The notes under the pieces were generated by a model. It made no database searches. It was not told the DNA's origin and worked only from the letters and a program-made list of their open reading frames with translations. DNA of 64,000 nt from Octopus bimaculoides (lineage: Eukaryota), in the NCBI RefSeq assembly GCF_001194135.2, contig NC_068985.1, forward strand, positions 11,551,986 to 11,615,985, written 5' to 3'. This document shows, in pieces, positions 25,838 to 40,924 of the stretch. Position 1 is the stretch's first letter; each line of letters starts with the position of its first letter. A program made the position numbers and the translations under genes.

Positions 25838-26943
25838 TATTTTACCATGTCTTTTATATATATGATGGATTCTCTTGTCGTCAACGACAAATGAGGGTCT
25901 TGTATATTCATCATATATATAATCCATCACATATATAAATATGATCGATTCTCTTGTGAACAGCAAATGAGGGGCTTGTAAAATAGTGTTAATCATGTTT
26001 TACGGTCGGGAATGTTTCGTGTGGCCTGCTGGTACCTTGCAAACATATTGGCCAGTGGAACAAGTTAACAACTCAGTGGATCATTCACTATGTATTTTTT
26101 TTTTTAGAATGGACAGCAAGGCCTTCATTGCGTGAGCTACGAAACCACAATGACGGGTACGGTTTCCATTTAGGAGAGCAGCGTTTTACCAGTGTACTTT
26201 ATGTGTATATGAATTATGCGTGTATCTTAATTCCTCTGGTAACATGTAACCCAGAAGAACATGTCCTGCTGTTGGGATATCAACAGCCAACACCGCGGCT
26301 CTTATAAGTTGGGACTCACTTAAGCATACTACATGAAACTCCTATTCTTACTAATTATGCGCTGCTGAAAACAACGGAGTGTACCAAACATGCTTCTGCG
26401 TCTTTTACACCACCAAATACCAAACTTTGATTCCCTCCACAAACGAGTAAAAACCCACATGGACACACATGGACGCTCGGTAACCTTAATGCTTACTAGT
26501 CACCACCCAGTTAAGAATGATAGTTTTCTACCTGAATTGTGCGAGAGAACATTATGTCATCTTGTTTACATAAACACATATCAAACGGTGTGACTGTGAG
26601 AAAAGAACGATAGAAATTCTTGTTTTCTGTTAATTAATTGAAATCTAAATATAATTAATAATTAATAATTAATAAAAAATAAAATGTGTTTACGCTTTAA
26701 TCCTTCCTAACTAGCAACACAAGATTCCATTTGTTTTTACCAAAGAAAAGAAAATAACAGCTTAAACAAATACATATTTCAAGGCTGCTCTAGTATTTAA
26801 CAAGCTATATCAATGTGCATTCACGTAAATACAGAAATGCCTATATGTACATTTTCTCTATGTGCGCACTGACACGTATACACACTCACACATGCACACT
26901 AACGCATAAACACGAATAGTGTGTTTCTCTCACTATATATGTA

Positions 26944-26979
<36 letters not shown>

Positions 26980-27103
26980 TGTATGTATGTATGCGTGTAG
27001 TTATTAAAGGATACAGTTCTTTATATATCATTTAATACTTTAATACGCTTTACACCATTTCATGGAGAGAACGGTAGTGCTCTATAAACATCAATTATAT
27101 GTA

Positions 27104-27172
<69 letters not shown>

Positions 27173-27174
27173 GT

Positions 27175-27420
27175 ATGTACTTTTTCAATGTGTACAAATA
27201 ACACGGAAAAAATAAATAGTTACCAGGGTAGCAGAATATTCACATAAATAGGAAGGATGGTACACCCTAATTATAAAGGTAGAAATTCCAGGGTTTAGTG
27301 AAATGTTTTTGTATAACAGATAAATAATGAAATGGAGTTAAACGCAGGTGTTATTCAAATCTTTATACTTCCGACACATGTTTCGAAGAAAACATTGGTA
27401 TTATTCCAGAGGGTATAAAA
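27175..27420 (-). mobile_element. Possible Penelope-like element 3' or pLTR remnant abutting (TA)n
   Basis: Minus strand carries CGAAACATGTGTC, resembling the short stem III of PLE-associated minimal hammerheads, but no intact CTGANGA core. The assignment is inference. Confidence 0.4.
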
Positions 27421-27536
27421 GGATGTAAAACAATGCGATATTCTCATTAGAGAAATAAAGAAAAACAAAACACATCAATAGGTCATTTGATTACTGCGTA
27501 TATGATGAAGAGAACATTGGAAAATTATCTTTTTAG

Positions 27537-27633
27537 TGGAATAATTGTTTATAGAAAAATGAGTTGACATTGAAAACAAATCGTCAGGAATATTAAAAGT
27601 GTGCTAATATAGTTGATTATTGAAAACGATATA
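27537..27633 (+). repeat. 97-bp direct duplicate of 28789-28885
   Basis: Identical except GAGTTGAC vs GAGCTGAC. Both copies are followed by T-runs. Confidence 0.9.
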
Positions 27634-29034
27634 TATTTTTTGTTCGGTTTTTTTTTTTCAATAACCAACACCAATTCTATTTAGATATACCATGGCCGCA
27701 GTCTAATCACCGATACACATAAAAGAGAAAACATACATACACACATACAAAATTATGCAAGACTTTTCCCAAGTTTTAAATATATAGCATTGTTTTCGTA
27801 ATCTACATTTTAGAGATGGAGCTTTGTATCTTTGTTAGAAACCAGCTCTTCCCATGCACGTACGCGTCTTTGTGTGTGTGTGCTTGTGTTTGTGATGTAT
27901 ATTTCACTGTTCACTGCTTCACAACTGGTGGTTATGTATTTAAATTCCCAGTAATATAGGGGTTAAGAAAGAGATCGATGCAAAAAGTACCACTCATACA
28001 AAAATTAGTACTAGGGCTGATGTGTACGGCTAAACGCCTGAAATTAAAAAGAAGTTATATGTATGTGTGTGTGTATGTATGTGTGTACCTATGTCTATCA
28101 ATGTGTGTCTTTATCTTTCTATCCACCACTACTTGACGATCAGTGTTGGTTTGATTAAGTCTATGTTATTTAGCAGTTCGGCAGAAGAGCGGTTCTGTAT
28201 AAGATCAGTTCGGCAAAATTGGAAGAACGTAAGTAGAGACCGATATTTTTCGTATCTAAACCCGTCTAGGAGGTGCTCCATCATGGTCGCAGTCCATTAG
28301 TTGAATCAAGTAAAAAACAAAAGATACTAAATGTTACACTCTATGTAGCTCGTCATTCCAAGTTTTCTATATTAATGACGCGCCTGGGCCTTTTACAATA
28401 AGAGCAAAATTTCCAACTGCTAAAATCACGTGGTGTTAAAAAGGAAATGAAACGCTGTATAATTTGATATCATGTACATCATATCCGCATAAATGTGTGG
28501 GTGGCCACGACTTGTTTAATCAGGCTTACATGGGGTTAATGAACAAAACAAGAGAAATTCCTTCAGCTGAGGAACGCACACGAAAATTCTACTTTCGTTC
28601 TGTAAATCGCTTCACTTCACTTTGTCGCACCTGCATGAGAAATCTATCAGAAATCTATGTAGAATAATGCAACTCTTTAAGATCAATATTAATCGATAGA
28701 GAAAGCAAAGAAGAAAACCTCAATATTTACATAGTTTTCAATGGGAAGTAACAATTAATATTCAAAAATGATAACAAATAAAATATAATGGAATAATTGT
28801 TTATAGAAAAATGAGCTGACATTGAAAACAAATCGTCAGGAATATTAAAAGTGTGCTAATATAGTTGATTATTGAAAACGATATAGATTTTTTTTTTTTT
28901 TTTTTTTGATAATCTACCACATTAATACACTGTGGAGAACCAACAAAAATCGATGGACAATAGAGAATAGATTGTAGCAAATAACAGAGGTGAACCGAAA
29001 GAATCTGAAGAAAACATTTATGTATATCTACTCA

Positions 29035-29103
<69 letters not shown>

Positions 29104-29104
29104 G

Positions 29105-29143
<39 letters not shown>

Positions 29144-29194
29144 CTTTCTCTCTCTCTCTGTATACATGTGTGTTTATGCGTGTACAAATATACA

Positions 29195-29318
29195 TATTCT
29201 TTACGTGTTTCACTCATTCACTCATTAGTCGGCGGCCATGCTGGGGCAGCGCTTTGAACACTGATTTATTCGAAGGATTCGATACCAGTAATAATAATAA
29301 CTATTATTATTATTATTA

Positions 29319-29402
<84 letters not shown>

Positions 29403-29750
29403 ATATCATCATCATTATTATTATTAGCAGTAGTATTATTTGTTAAGCCTCATACTTATTCTATGTTTCTGTTTTGCTGAACTGCTAATATACGGGGACG
29501 TAAACACACCAACACCGGTTGTCAAGTGGTGGTGGTGGAGAACAGACAGAGACACAAAGCCATATAAACGCACTCACACACACACGCACCAACACTAACA
29601 TACACAAACACGCAAACCCGCATATGTGTATATATGTGTATATGTATACGACAAGCTTCTTTCAGTTTCCGTCTACAAAACCAACTCACAAGACTTTCGT
29701 CGGCCCAAGGTTAAAGTAGAAGACACTCACCCTAATGTGTTGCGTAGTGT
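29195..29750 (-). mobile_element. tRNA-derived SINE (36.3-kb family) interrupted by a ~150-bp compound (TAA/TAT/TAG)n tract
   Basis: GCGGCCATGCTGG, CGGGGACGTAAACACACC and CTTCTTTCAGTTTCCGTCTAC blocks are collinear with 36283-36731. The trinucleotide tract lies at ~29290-29440. Confidence 0.8.
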
Positions 29751-30590
29751 GCCTGGCCCTGGGGCCCTGTGGGAGGTATGAAATAATACAAAGCCCAATA
29801 TCACCACCGGATCCTTCTATACATCTTTGTAATCTTTCGTGCAATTCCACCCTGCAGTTTGACCGTGAATCCCAAGAAAGAAAGAATCGCCCATGTCAAA
29901 TATATATAGGTAGATAGATAGATAAGTAGAAAAATATATCATTAGTAAAATAGATAGAGAGATAGGAAGGTAGATCGATACATAGATATATTATGTGTCA
30001 GACATATATATTATAGATCAGACTACGCATTGAGTCGCTCCTGTATTCTTATTGATTAAATATTTTATGAACTTTTGATCTCAGTACATAACTTCTTGGC
30101 AAGTGTCCTTATGAACGAAGTATTGGGAATGAAACTGAGTGGGAGGAAACTGATCAGAAGCCCATCGAAATATAATGACCCCGTAATCTTCAGAGCTAAC
30201 CTTTACACAACGAATCCTGAGAAACTTACTGAGATCCACTTACATTTTTTTCTCTCACCATAATCAAAAGTCATCTCTCTGTCTCTTTCTTTCTCTCTTT
30301 NNNNNNNNNNNNNNNNNNNNNNNNNNNNNNNNNNNNNNNNNNNNNNNNNNNNNNNNNNNNNNNNNNNNNNNNNNNNNNNNNNNNNNNNNNNNNNNNNNNN
30401 NNNNNNNNNNNNNNNNNNNNNNNNNNNNNNNNNNNNNNNNNNNNNNNNNNNNNNNNNNNNNNNNNNNNNNNNNNNNNNNNNNNNNNNNNNNNNNNNNNNN
30501 NNNNNNNNNNNNNNNNNNNNNNNNNNNNNNNNNNNNNNNNNNNNNNNNNNNNNNNNNNNNNNNNNNNNNNNNNNNNNNNNNNNNNNNNNN

Positions 30591-30639
<49 letters not shown>

Positions 30640-31224
30640 CATATATATTTCTCTGTGTGTGTGAGTGTGCGCGCGTGCGCGCGCGTGCATATACATAACA
30701 CATGACCAGAGCCTGAAAGATTGCATTAAGATACATGACATTTTATAGCTCTGCTTCTTCATTAATTCATAATAGTATGAAAGACTTGGTAGCTCATTCT
30801 GTATATATATAGGTATGTATATATACGTACACATACATTATGTTTGTATATACGTGTACATCTACATAATAATAGTAATAATAGAAACAATAATTCTGTC
30901 GAACTTTCAGACTAGACCACTAATTTCCGGAGGAAGTGATCAGCCAATGCCACCGACCTCAACATTATTTGACAGCCACTTTCTTTTATCAACGTCGGAG
31001 TGATGTGGCTACACTATAATAGATACCTGTGTGTGTTTATGTATGTTTCGTATGCATTGCATGTATGTATGTATGTATGTATGTACGTATGTGTGTGTAT
31101 GTGTGCGTTTATGTGTGTATGTGTGTATGTGTGCGTGTATGTATGTATGTGTGTATGCATGTATGTGTGTGCAATATGTGTGCATGTGTGTGTATGCATG
31201 CTTGTATATATGTATGTAAGTATT

Positions 31225-31258
<34 letters not shown>

Positions 31259-31952
31259 ATATANNNNNNNNNNNNNNNNNNNNNNNNNNNNNNNNNNNNN
31301 NNNNNNNNNNNNNNNNNNNNNNNNNNNNNNNNNNNNNNNNNNNNNNNNNNNNNNNNNNNNNNNNNNNNNNNNNNNNNNNNNNNNNNNNNNNNNNNNNNNN
31401 NNNNNNNNNNNNNNNNNNNNNNNNNNNNNNNNNNNNNNNNNNNNNNNNNNNNNNNNNNNNNNNNNNNNNNNNNNNNNNNNNNNNNNNNNNNNNNNNNNNN
31501 NNNNNNNNNNNNNNNNNNNNNNNNNNNNNNNNNNNNNNNNNNNNNNNNNNNNNNNNNNNNNNNNNNNNNNNNNNNNNNNNNNNNNNNNNNNNNNNNNNNN
31601 NNNNNNNNNNNNNNNNNNNNNNNNNNNNNNNNNNNNNNNNNNNNNNNNNNNNNNNNNNNNNNNNNNNNNNNNNNNNNNNNNNNNNNNNNNNNNNNNNNNN
31701 NNNNNNNNNNNNNNNNNNNNNNNNNNNNNNNNNNNNNNNNNNNNNNNNNNNNNNNNNNNNNNNNNNNNNNNNNNNNNNNNNNNNNNNNNNNNNNNNNNNN
31801 NNNNNNNNNNNNNNNNNNNNNNNNNNNNNNNNNNNNNNNNNNNNNNNNNNNNNNNNNNNNNNNNNNNNNNNNNNNNNNNNNNNNNNNNNNNNNNNNNNNN
31901 NNNNNNNNNNNNNNNNNNNNNNNNNNNNNNNNNNNNNNNNNNNNNNNNNNNN

Positions 31953-31989
<37 letters not shown>

Positions 31990-32644
31990 TAAACTTATAA
32001 ATTTTAAATAAAATCGCTGGTCATACAACGTAATACTTTTAAACATCGACCAAAAAGCACAATTGGTAATTCTTACAACTTACGTTAAATCATATTAATT
32101 GTAACCGTTGCAGCCATGACATTCTTCATCAGAATAATGATTTGTATATATAAGTACTTCCTGAATTTAATGTACTTTTGAGTAGATGTGTATAATTAAC
32201 GCAGTAAAAGTGTTGCTTGAACAGACAACTGTTGGAATTACACCTTTACAAAATGTTAAATATTTCGAATTTATTATACTTATACTTATTATATCCATAG
32301 CATCGTTAGTGCTTTTGGTAATACGAATTATATAGAGCTGAATGATTATGTCCCACCACGAAGTAATGCATTTTCAAAGATTGAACCTTGGAATGTAGAA
32401 AGACGTGGAGAGAAGATAAGTCCAAAGTAAGAGAAAATAGCAGTTTAAAGTTTTCGATGAAACAAAGTTGAAATCACCAAATAAGGCGTTTTATGAAATG
32501 ATTTGAAATCGTAATATAAGGAGATGTACCTATCAATATAACGAAACCAACATGAACTGGCATTAGATTACTGAAAAATCAACGTTTATAGCAATCAGTT
32601 AAATGTATATTTTATTACGTAAATTCTTTCACTTGTGTCCTCAG

Positions 32645-32677
32645 TTGAAGCTGTAGTGAACGTGACACTGAGGGAAG
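32645..32677 (+). CDS. Candidate 33-nt phase 1-1 exon ((V)[10 protein letters not shown])
   Basis: Acceptor ttctttcacttgtgtcctcag and donor AAG|gtagat. Only one frame is open. No homology evidence. Confidence 0.3.
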
Positions 32678-32705
32678 GTAGATCATATTGCGTGTGCTTA
32701 TACAT

Positions 32706-32754
<49 letters not shown>

Positions 32755-34824
32755 TCATATACATATATACATATACATACACACATATAAATAAATGTAT
32801 AAATATATATACTTATGTAACCACATATAACGTGTATGCATGAATATATGTATGAATGTGTGTGTGAACATTCTGTTCTGTTTGAATAACAAAAAAATGA
32901 AAATAAGCAAAATGTTTTAAATAGAAATCGATAAAGTGAAAACGATAAGAGGAAATGTTGCTGATATTTGCAAATAAAATCCTAACGGTAGTGTCCTAGG
33001 TTGATCTTGGTCCACTGACAAAAGTTACAAAACAATATTAGGAGAAATTGTCAAATGTACTAACATAAGGCGAAATATATGTGATACGGACATATTTTCA
33101 TATACATACATATATGCATATATACATACATACATGTAAATCGACAGCGACATATGAATTCCTAAACGTCGAGAGAAGATGAAATAATTCTATTTTGGCA
33201 CGTTGGAACTCGAAGTAGATAAGTTATAAATGATATCATGTAAACACCGAGTTAAAAATTCATTTGGATTGAAAAAGTTGAAGGGTGCCTCTGTTTTCGA
33301 TTAAAAGGGGTTTTTTGACGCAGTATGTACACATAAAAATATTTGAATTTATCTGCTTCAAAATACAAATTTCTGAAAAAGTATGTTATATATATATATN
33401 NNNNNNNNNTATATATTTATATACACGCATATATTTATGCGTCTATATATGTATAGTATGTATTTATGCATCTATATACACACGTGCGTGTGTGTGTGCG
33501 TATGTATGCGTAAATAACTATGATACGAATGCGAGACTATGTATAATTCATTGTCTGTCGAGTTCAGCAATATCGCATGCAGTCATAAATATAATGAGAC
33601 GACTAATTTTGTATAATTATCTCATTTATAATTTTCTTGTTGTCTGCTTGATGGTCGTTGTTCTTAATATTTATTTAATATTCTTTCTTGTTTTGATTAT
33701 TTGTTTTATTATTATTTTTCTATGTACTGTTTTTGTATTTTAAAATCTTTATATATAAATAATCATATTAAAAGTATTTAAATAATTCTTTGTTTATTCA
33801 ACGGCACAATGGCGTAGAAATGCTGTTTTGTAATACTAATTTACATACCTTGTTTTCACTTCTGTACTCTGCCAGTAATGTGTAGACCAAGAAGGAAAGT
33901 GATTGAGAGGGAACGTGTGTGTTTGTGCCTGACTGTGCGTGTGTGTGTGAGAGAGAGAGAGAAATAAAGAAGGAGAGAAAGAGCGATAAAGCGGGGGAAG
34001 ATAAAAGAAAGAGAGGAAAAATATGCAAACGATCAGACAAGAGCTAATGGGAGAGAATGAAAGCTAGAGTAGGAGTAAAGAAACAACCAGTGTAACAAAT
34101 TAAATCTTATATGACTGAATGATTCACTTCAAACTCCCACCACTTTCGTGTATGCAAATATATTTACATAATATTTTTGCTCGGATACTATCTCTGTACG
34201 CCATAGGTTCACATATATACGAGCGAATAGATGCTGATCTAATTGTTAATGTAGTTATCTTATATGAATCTTTAACCGTTGCTTTGCCCAATTGAACACT
34301 CGTCTCACGTAAACGATCGTTGTTTCCAAACACAGAATCGACCCATGTCGTCTTTTCCATATTATGACAAAGCTTTTTCAATAATTTATATTCTGCAGCG
34401 CATAAAATTACTTCATTCATTCATACATTCATTCACATGTATTGACATCTTGTGTCGTATGCGTTCTCACATACACTTACGCACTCACCACATATAGATC
34501 CATTGAAGCACAAATATAAATATATATACATATATACATATATACATATATACATACATAATATATCTAGAGTGAGGAAGAATGGAGACAGATTACTGTA
34601 GAGAGAATCACAAAAATGAACACATATTCACACACTCACACAAGAACAAACATCGATAAATTCACCTCAGACACTGGAGTTCATTGAGACAAACACAACA
34701 CCCACGCAGAAAATATTCCACCTAAAATTGGACTTCACTCTGATCACGCTCGCTATTATTCTTATGTTGTTCTCAATCGACCACTTTTGTCTGACCCGTC
34801 CTCTCCTTCCTCCTTTCTTTATTT

Positions 34825-34878
<54 letters not shown>

Positions 34879-35164
34879 TGTCATTCAACTGCAGCTAAAC
34901 TGTAGCAACACCTTCACGTGATTAGTCAAACATATCCACTTTAGTACTTACAAGTTTTATAAAAGACCCGTACGTATTGTATAGATCCTAAAGAAACCTA
35001 TACAATACCATTTGACACGTAGTAGAGTACAAGAGTATATACATGTGTGTGTGTATGTGTGTGCGTATGTGTATGTGTGTGTGCTTGTGTGTGGTGGAAG
35101 AGCTTTAGACTATATATTACACCTTCTTAACAGAATATAACCTGTGTGTATATATATATATATA

Positions 35165-35330
35165 TACGAAAGCGCGTAGCTTAGTGGTTAAGGCAATCGG
35201 CTCACGATCAGAATGTTGTCAGTTCAATTCCCGGTGACGCGTTGTGTCCTTCAGCAAGTCACTTTATTTCACATTGCTGCAGTCCACTCAGCTGGCAAAA
35301 ATGAGTAGTACCTGTATTTCGAAGGGGCCA
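35165..35330 (+). mobile_element. tRNA-derived SINE 5' part with CORE-like segment
   Basis: GCGTAGCTTAGTGGTTAAGG...AGTTCAATTCCC...TGTGTCCTTCAGCAAGTCACTT...TACCTGTATTTCGAAGGGGCC. Confidence 0.75.
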
Positions 35331-35543
35331 AATTTCTGCGTATTTGTGCGTCATTCATCGGTAGCAAGTATCTACTATCAACTGCATTCTTAGAGAAACC
35401 TATCCTCTAGTGACACAGAAAAATATTGATTTACAAATCACTGATACCCATTAGTGTCGCAAACAACTGGGTTGAGTTGGGTAAAAATCCTTTATTAACG
35501 TTGTAAGCGGTATTGCTTCAGATTAACCCTGTATATTTACTGA

Positions 35544-35576
<33 letters not shown>

Positions 35577-36282
35577 CGGTAGAAAGCACCAAACCTGTAG
35601 TATTTATGTTACGTTCAAAGGCTTTAAAATCCACACGAAGCTCACTGGTGCTAAGTTTATTTTGGGTTTTAAATCATATTTGATTAGTGAGTACCAGAAT
35701 TCAAGTACTAATTTGTGAGATTAATTTTTAATTTCCTGATAATATTAACCACTTATATTTGAATTTTTCCCTCTGTTGCATCTAAGATGTTTGTGTTTTT
35801 CATCTAAGAGAAAAATCTCAACTAATTAGTAGTTTTATGGTGTGCGATAATCACATCTGCATTTATTATAATTACGTAAATTTATACCATTAGCCATTTC
35901 AATTGCAGCTCTTAGCTAATTATATTTTTAAGTATGCAAATTATATATTTTAAAATTTTATGGCATTTTTTTTTTCCAGAAGCAAAGAGTATGTGTCAAC
36001 TGAACGGCAGGCCTTGTTACACTATACTACATTAAGGAGTTCTAATAAACCGAAACATGTCCATAGTTGTTTCTTGTCTACAAAGATCAAACATTCAATT
36101 ATGCATGTAAATTAAGGTCAAGAAACCAGCACCTAATGTCTTGATATTATTTACCCTTTCCAAAAAGGATATAATCAATTACTGTTTGGTAATATCTTTG
36201 CAAATATAATGGAAATTCCTTTAGATTAACTCTAAATTTTTTCTAAATCCTAAAAGTATTAAGTAATAGTGTTCATGATATA

Positions 36283-36527
36283 CTCTTTACTCTTTTACTT
36301 GTTTCAGTCCTTTGACTGTGGCCATGCTGGAGCACCGCCTTTAGTCGAGCAAATCGACCCCAGGACTTATTCTTTGTAAGCCTAGTACTTATTCTATCGG
36401 TCTCTTTTGTCGAACCGCTAAGTTACGGGGACGTAAACACACCAGCATCGGCTGTAAAGCAATGTTGGGGGAACAAACACAGACACACAAACACACACAC
36501 ATACACACACACACACANNNNNNNNNN

Positions 36528-36558
<31 letters not shown>

Positions 36559-36731
36559 ATATACATATATACGATGGGCTTCTTTCAGTTTCCGTCTACC
36601 AAATCCAATCACAAGGCTTTGGTCGGCCCGAGGTTATAGTAGAAGACACTTGCCCAAGATGCCACGCAATGGGACTGAACCCGGAACCACGTGGTCCGTT
36701 AGCGAGCTACTTACCACACAGCCACTCCTGC
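36283..36731 (-). mobile_element. Full-length, young-looking tRNA-derived SINE with internal (CA)/(TA) microsatellite
   Basis: Minus-strand head GCAGGAGTGGCTGTGTGG (A-box-like) ... GGTTCAGTCCC (B-box-like), with a simple-repeat tail (GTAAAAGA)n. Several partial copies occur in the window. Confidence 0.9.
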
Positions 36732-36829
36732 AAAGAAAAACCAATATACTTGTAGTTGGAAGAATTTTGATCGTAAGATTTCGATCACAAGTGACCATGG
36801 GATTGAACCTAAAAGGTTCCCCTCCGAGA

Positions 36830-37030
36830 TAAAAGTCTAGGCAAGTTTGTTTATGGAAGATGAACTGTTGCCTATGTATAGCAGTCTTCCCTCTCCACGC
36901 CACAGAAGTTGTCCAAGGGAAATGCAAAGTCCGATAAATCTTGGTACCAGTGACGTCGAAATTCATTTCTACAGCTGTGTGAACTAGAGCAACGGGTAAT
37001 GAAGTGTCTTGCTCAAGAACGCAACACATA
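36830..37030 (-). mobile_element. SINE fragment (CORE-like segment, possibly LINE-derived tail)
   Basis: GAAGTGTCTTGCTCAAGAACGCAAC matches the CORE-like block of the 24.2-kb and 35.2-kb copies. Confidence 0.6.
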
Positions 37031-38111
37031 GTCCATGTTACGAAACGTACCTGATATTTTCAGAATAATGATAGTAATAACTATTCCAAATATTGTCTGG
37101 AGAACAGCGATTTTGAGAGGACAGAGAAATTCTATTACATCGACTCCAGCACTCGGAAAGGCATAGGTAACACGGCGGAATTTCAATTTAGAATGTAACG
37201 ATCCGGATAAAATTCCACTGCACATTGTGTCCGATGGTCTGATGATTGTGCCAGCTAAACGCTTTAATAATTCTTTCTATTTAAGTCAGAAGCCTGAAGT
37301 TCAAGTGAGGGTACCAGTTGATTATAGCTCCCCCAGGTCTCAACCGATACGTCTTTCGTCTACCCCGAATGGAGGAAACGCGAAGTCAACTTCACTGGAA
37401 AGTTATAGTCAGACTTCTATTAGAAGTGACGCTGAATTATGAGTACGGCGTGCTTACGACTCTGTCAGTTTGCCGCCTTAATAATTATAACAATAGGCAT
37501 AATGAAACGAAACAGCAACGAGTGGAATTGTTGGCGTATCTTATGCAGAAAGGTTTCAAAATACAAATCATAACTAATTTAAAAAATTGCGAATGGATTA
37601 ATTAAATATATCAAAATTTTTGCAAAAACATCATCTCTGTGTGAATATGACAGGAGAAAAATGCTGAAAATCAAATACAGTGCACATTGCAGATATGTAT
37701 ATATTACTTTTAATCCAGGACATCTTATAGTGTTAGAATGTATAAATAAGACATAATTAGTTTGCCGGTGGAAATAAGGTTTGCTTGTATGGGTACCACA
37801 TGCTTGTATGAGCAATATAGAAATAAGCAACACAAAACGAACAGTACTAAAAAGAAAGGACCGAACGAACTCTATATTTGTGTACGTTGAGGCAGCAAAT
37901 TTATGGGTTATTATAAGGATGTAAGCTTCTAAAATGTGAGATGTAGGGGGAAAAATAATGGATTTAGTATCAATACATAAATGGATATGATAAGCATTTC
38001 ATTCATCTAAAAATATATTTAACACTGAATGTGCTATACGAAGGTTGTATGTGAATAAAATAGAGCATGATAAGGGAATCGCAAATACATCAAGTATATC
38101 GTATAAATTGC

Positions 38112-38147
<36 letters not shown>

Positions 38148-38874
38148 AACACTCACACACGCACAAACTCTCATTTCTATGCATATATGTCTGTGCCTAT
38201 GACTTTAACAGCAGCGAAAGACGGAAAGAGGGAGAAAAGAAGGAGCAGAAGATGGAGAGAAGGAGAGAAGATGGAGCAGAAGATGGAGCAGAAGAAGGCT
38301 TTTTACAGAAGGTAAGAAATTTGAATGAAAGGAATGAAAATAATGGATGATCTATAAATTTCATCTCCTCACTTTCTCTCTCTCTCTCTCTCTCTCTCTN
38401 NNNNNNNNNNNNNNNNNNNNNNNNNNNNNNNNNNNNNNNNNNNNNNNNNNNNNNNNNNNNNNNNNNNNNNNNNNNNNNNNNNNNNNNNNNNNNNNNNNNN
38501 NNNNNNNNNNNNNNNNNNNNNNNNNNNNNNNNNNNNNNNNNNNNNNNNNNNNNNNNNNNNNNNNNNNNNNNNNNNNNNNNNNNNNNNNNNNNNNNNNNNN
38601 NNNNNNNNNNNNNNNNNNNNNNNNNNNNNNNNNNNNNNNNNNNNNNNNNNNNNNNNNNNNNNNNNNNNNNNNNNNNNNNNNNNNNNNNNNNNNNNNNNNN
38701 NNNNNNNNNNNNNNNNNNNNNNNNNNNNNNNNNNNNNNNNNNNNNNNNNNNNNNNNNNNNNNNNNNNNNNNNNNNNNNNNNNNNNNNNNNNNNNNNNATA
38801 TATATCGATGAATAGATTGAGCAGCAGATACCTAAGCATTTGCTTACATGCATAAACAAATATTTATACATTTC

Positions 38875-38918
<44 letters not shown>

Positions 38919-38942
38919 CCTATCTATCTATCTATCTATCTT

Positions 38943-38977
<35 letters not shown>

Positions 38978-39270
38978 GTATATATGTGTGTGTGTGTGAG
39001 TCGGGATGCACTTATATATATACATACATACATACATACATACATACATGCATACATGCATAATCATACCATCAGATACACTTAGATGTACATAATTAAA
39101 CCGATAGATAGATATATATAAATTACATAGTTTATATACATTGACAGATACATGGTTTAAATGATTAAGTGAGGGATAGATAGATTATATGAATCAAAAA
39201 TAGTTATATAACCAAATAGTTATGAAAAAAGGCAGACAAATAGATGAGGATAGATTGGGGGAGAGAGAGA

Positions 39271-39351
<81 letters not shown>

Positions 39352-40924
39352 TGGAAGAGGAATGAGAAAAGATAGGTTGATTGAAACAGTCGGTTGGCTA
39401 AATTCGGTGGGCGGAATGTCAGTTCGTTTCACGGTAATATATCCATAGAATTGAATTACATATATCGATAAAGTATGACATTATTACATTAAGTAAAGAA
39501 ATATTAAAATGAAATATGAGATTGAGAAGGAATACCTACCTCCACTGAAATATGCATTCACATGCTATAAATATGTTTTTCATGTACACCACCCACGTGA
39601 CCGTTTATATATATATATAAATATGTATGTGTATGCATGTGGGCGTTTATACGCACACTTATATGCACATGCGTGCGACTATAAATGCATTAACGTACAT
39701 GCACACGCATATATATGCATTTTTGTGTGTATATTGAAAATGCATATGCTTACGAATGCATTGAGAACAGAGAGGTTTTAAAACATTTATGTGAACACTG
39801 AGTATATTCCAGGTAATTTAATGTTATTGAATACATTTTTCCAGATTTTTTGGGTGAGTAAAGTATCAAAATCCATTACCACCGTTTCTTTGCATAAGTT
39901 GCTACAGCATTAAAGTAAGCAGGATCAATGTAATCGGTTTATTAGTACCGTCGAAATCTTGATTTTGGTCTTGTTATTTATCAACAGTCCACGTCATTTC
40001 CTTTACTTGTGAATGCTATTAGTGTTTCTTTTAACATTTCCTTATGTTATGGGCATTTCCCGCATAATTAATCTTTTTAATATTCTAATACTTCAGCGCA
40101 TAGATGTCATAACCACCAAAGATTATCTCTGAGATTTAGTACATTTTAGATTCACCTAACTGCAAATGCATAGAGTACTTACGGTAATGATAGTCTATAG
40201 ACAACAAAATTTCACTGGCGTTCACAGCTTTCAAGATTCTAATCAAGTTTATAAATTACATTGTTCCATACACACAGCTTATACGCAGTTCATTATACGT
40301 AGTTTTAAATGTTTACTCTCTGTCATTAATAAAAATATTTTTAGTGAAGCATATTTGTACTATACTAGTATTGTGAGATATTGTTTCTGTGCAATTCATT
40401 CTGTATTTGTCGAATGAGATGTTTGATGATGTACTTACCTATTCTATATTGAGTAACAATTTGCATTAATCTATGACTTAGACCTATAAGATGTTGCTTG
40501 TTTATTTTGGGAATTCCTTTATCTAGAACAGTCATGGCTACAGTGGAATTGGCGCTATTTTTAGTGGGTTGGGGAAAATTCCTTACGGTATTTGCCCTAG
40601 TTCATTTCATTCTAACTTAACCTGCGCCAACCCCGATGTGGCATTTTGCATGGAAAGCATCGCGACATGGAGAAGAGTTGCTTGCGCAGCTAATGTTCCT
40701 CTACGAATTATCAACCCATGCGTGTGACCAGGAGAGGAACTTTCTAGATACTGAAGCGTGGTTAGTTCTAACCAAAGAAGATATCAGCAATAAAGATAGG
40801 CCAGCACATTAAGACGACTTGTGGCGGTGGTGATAATAATGATGAAATTAATGATGACTATGACAACAGCTAGGACAGCAAAATCGATATAACATTGAAC
40901 AAAATGACTTGTGATATTTCTCTC

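Noticed and set aside
38212-38311. 100-nt segment with acceptor-like ttaacag and strong donor AAG|gtaaga
   Set aside because: Low-complexity GA-rich sequence that is open in all three frames, so openness carries no information. Kept only as a possible linker in the exon-chain hypothesis.
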